In this document: one piece after another, positions 62,194-64,000 of the stretch
Position numbering within the stretch: the first letter of the stretch is position 1
Layout: each line of letters opens with the position of its first letter
Source: Octopus vulgaris
Lineage: Eukaryota
DNA: 64,000 nt
Assembly (NCBI GenBank): GCA_951406725.2
Contig: OX597816.1
Location: 70,804,001 to 70,868,000 of the forward strand
Direction of reading: 5' to 3'
Program-made: the position numbers and the translations under genes
Notes under the pieces: generated by a model
Databases searched by the model: none
Told to the model about the DNA's origin: nothing
What the model saw: the letters and a program-made list of their open reading frames with translations, nothing else

Positions 62194-62761
62194 GAAAGAG
62201 AGAGAGAGAGAAAGGAAGAAGAGGGAGACAGGGGTATGGGGGAGGAAGGGAGAGCGAGTTGGGTGAAATCTTCATTCAAGAATAGGTAGCCTTCATCCTA
62301 CGAGATAGCTCGTAGTTGAAATTTCTCGAATAAACTTCTTTCATAAGGATTTGGTGGACTGGAAATTAAGGCAGAAAGCGTTCGACCAATCAATATATCA
62401 TTCGGTAGGAATGAACCTGGAACCATGTAGTTACAAAGTGAACTTTACTACTTCGTTACTAGAGATTTCAAGCTCAAGCTAAACAGCATTGACCACTAGT
62501 GTCAGGCAGAACTCATCGGCGAAGCATCCCAACATACTAGATATAAAAAAGAAAGTTGAATTCATCCTCCTTAACATAGATGGAACATTTCTCCTTGTCG
62601 GGAAGGGTAGGAAATGTTTCACGGTTTTTCGCCAACATTTATGGTCTTCGCTACTTGCTACATACGCCAACAGATATGCAATCAATTTTCGCCAACGATC
62701 TTACGGCTAGGTGTCACTTATGACAGAACAAGGTCAAAATATTGATTTAAAAATAGCAAAC

Positions 62762-62843
62762 CGACGAGGATGAGATTCGAACTCACGCGGGAACATCCCA
62801 ATGGATTAGCAGTCCATCGCCTTAACCACTCGGCCACCTCGTC
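62762..62843 (-). tRNA. tRNA-Ser(GCU), copy 10
   Basis: Identical to copy 1. Confidence 0.96.
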
Positions 62844-63641
62844 GACACAAACACCAAAGAATTTTTTAACACTTTAATGATGCATTAATTAGTAAAATTA
62901 TGACATCTACCCCAGTATTTAACAGGTACCTATGTTACTGACCCCGAAATGATGAAAGGCAAAGTCGACTCCCGTCGCATCTAAACCCAGAACGTAAAGA
63001 CGGACGAAATGCTGCACGACATTTTTCTCGAAGTGCTAACGATTCTGCCAACTGGCCGCCTTACGGTGGATAATATATTGCCAAGAATCAATAGGTAAGT
63101 TATCAGACTTTAATTCTCCATTATCTGAACCAGATTTAGCAACGGATGAAACCCATCAGTTCCTGAACAATGTTGAACATAGTTTCTGCCGGCAATAAAC
63201 GGGCCATATTGTTTTAAAGCATATAATTCATCACGATCAGGTCGTAAATAACCAGATTTATGTTCTCGTGGGGGATATCTGGAAATATAACATCACTGTT
63301 CATTCCAGTGTACAAACTACCACTCTGAACGATATGTGTATATATATATATAAATACAAAATGGGACAAGAACGCAAAACATTCAAATAGGCGATACAAA
63401 AAACGCGGACGGGTCATTCGAAGCCTCTAATCTTCAGTCAAGAACCTGATCATCCTCGTATTTTCGGCTGATTAATCTTGCGGTTGCTCCAATCTGGCCA
63501 GCCCCAAGGAAAAACTAAGCTACGAGCATTAGATTTCTTGGAAAAAGGATCGAATGTATACAAAACAAGGACAGAAAAACGGACGATGTTACACGAATAT
63601 AAATACAAAAAAAAAAAAAAACGAATATAAGTACAAAAAAC

Positions 63642-63702
<61 letters not shown>

Positions 63703-63719
63703 GAACATAACAACACTGC

Positions 63720-64000
63720 TGAGACCCCCCTTCGGTCATGACTGAATTGTACCTAGAAAGTTACCTTCCCAGGCACAAATCCGGGCAAGGTTGCTTATGG
63801 AAGGTCGGCAGTCGCCCATGCTTACCGGGCTTCCTTCTCCACGCCACCAGTATTATCCAAGGGAAAGGCAAAGGGGCCGATACTGCTTGGCACCTGTGAC
63901 GTCGCAACTCATTTCTACAGCTGAGTGAACTGGAGCAACGTGAAATGAAGTGTCTTGCTGAAGAACACAACACGCAGCCTGGTCCGGGATTCGAACTCAC
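63720..64000 (-). mobile_element. tRNA-headed SINE, family D, cut by the window end. Other copies at about 16221-16530 + and 25742-25985 +
   Basis: B box GAGTTCGAATCCC followed by GTGTTGTGTTCTT(C/G)AGCAAGACACTT, not a tRNA 3' end. Confidence 0.8.

Noticed and set aside
63980-64000. Eleventh tRNA-Ser at the window edge (GATTCGAACTCAC)
   Set aside because: Adjacent sequence is the family D SINE body, not a tRNA acceptor stem.

Overview
Eukaryotic, AT-rich, repeat-dense genomic DNA. The tRNA-derived SINE families and microsatellite load point to a cephalopod, probably Octopus (inference). Two multi-exon housekeeping genes lie head-to-head around a short shared promoter at about 18.6-19.0 kb. 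RFC4 is on the minus strand: six coding exons at 145-15537, with the 3' exons beyond the window start. GTF2F2/RAP30 is on the plus strand: complete at 18980-47937, including a candidate 21-nt frame-preserving microexon. Downstream (50.3-62.8 kb) is a tandem array of tRNA-Ser(GCU) genes on the minus strand, 8 intact and 2 decayed. Introns and spacers hold SINEs, RTE- and CR1-like LINE remnants, Helitrons, hAT and Tc1-type MITEs, and a deleted piggyBac. The most unusual signal is a set of hammerhead-ribozyme motifs of the minimal Penelope-like type, mostly inside fold-back inverted repeats. These include a 4.66-kb palindrome in an RFC4 intron with an extended-stem-II hammerhead on each arm, and a family whose core shows U3-A8 in place of C3-G8. 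Nearly all ORFs in the supplied track are repeat-derived noise. All calls were made by eye; no searches were run.
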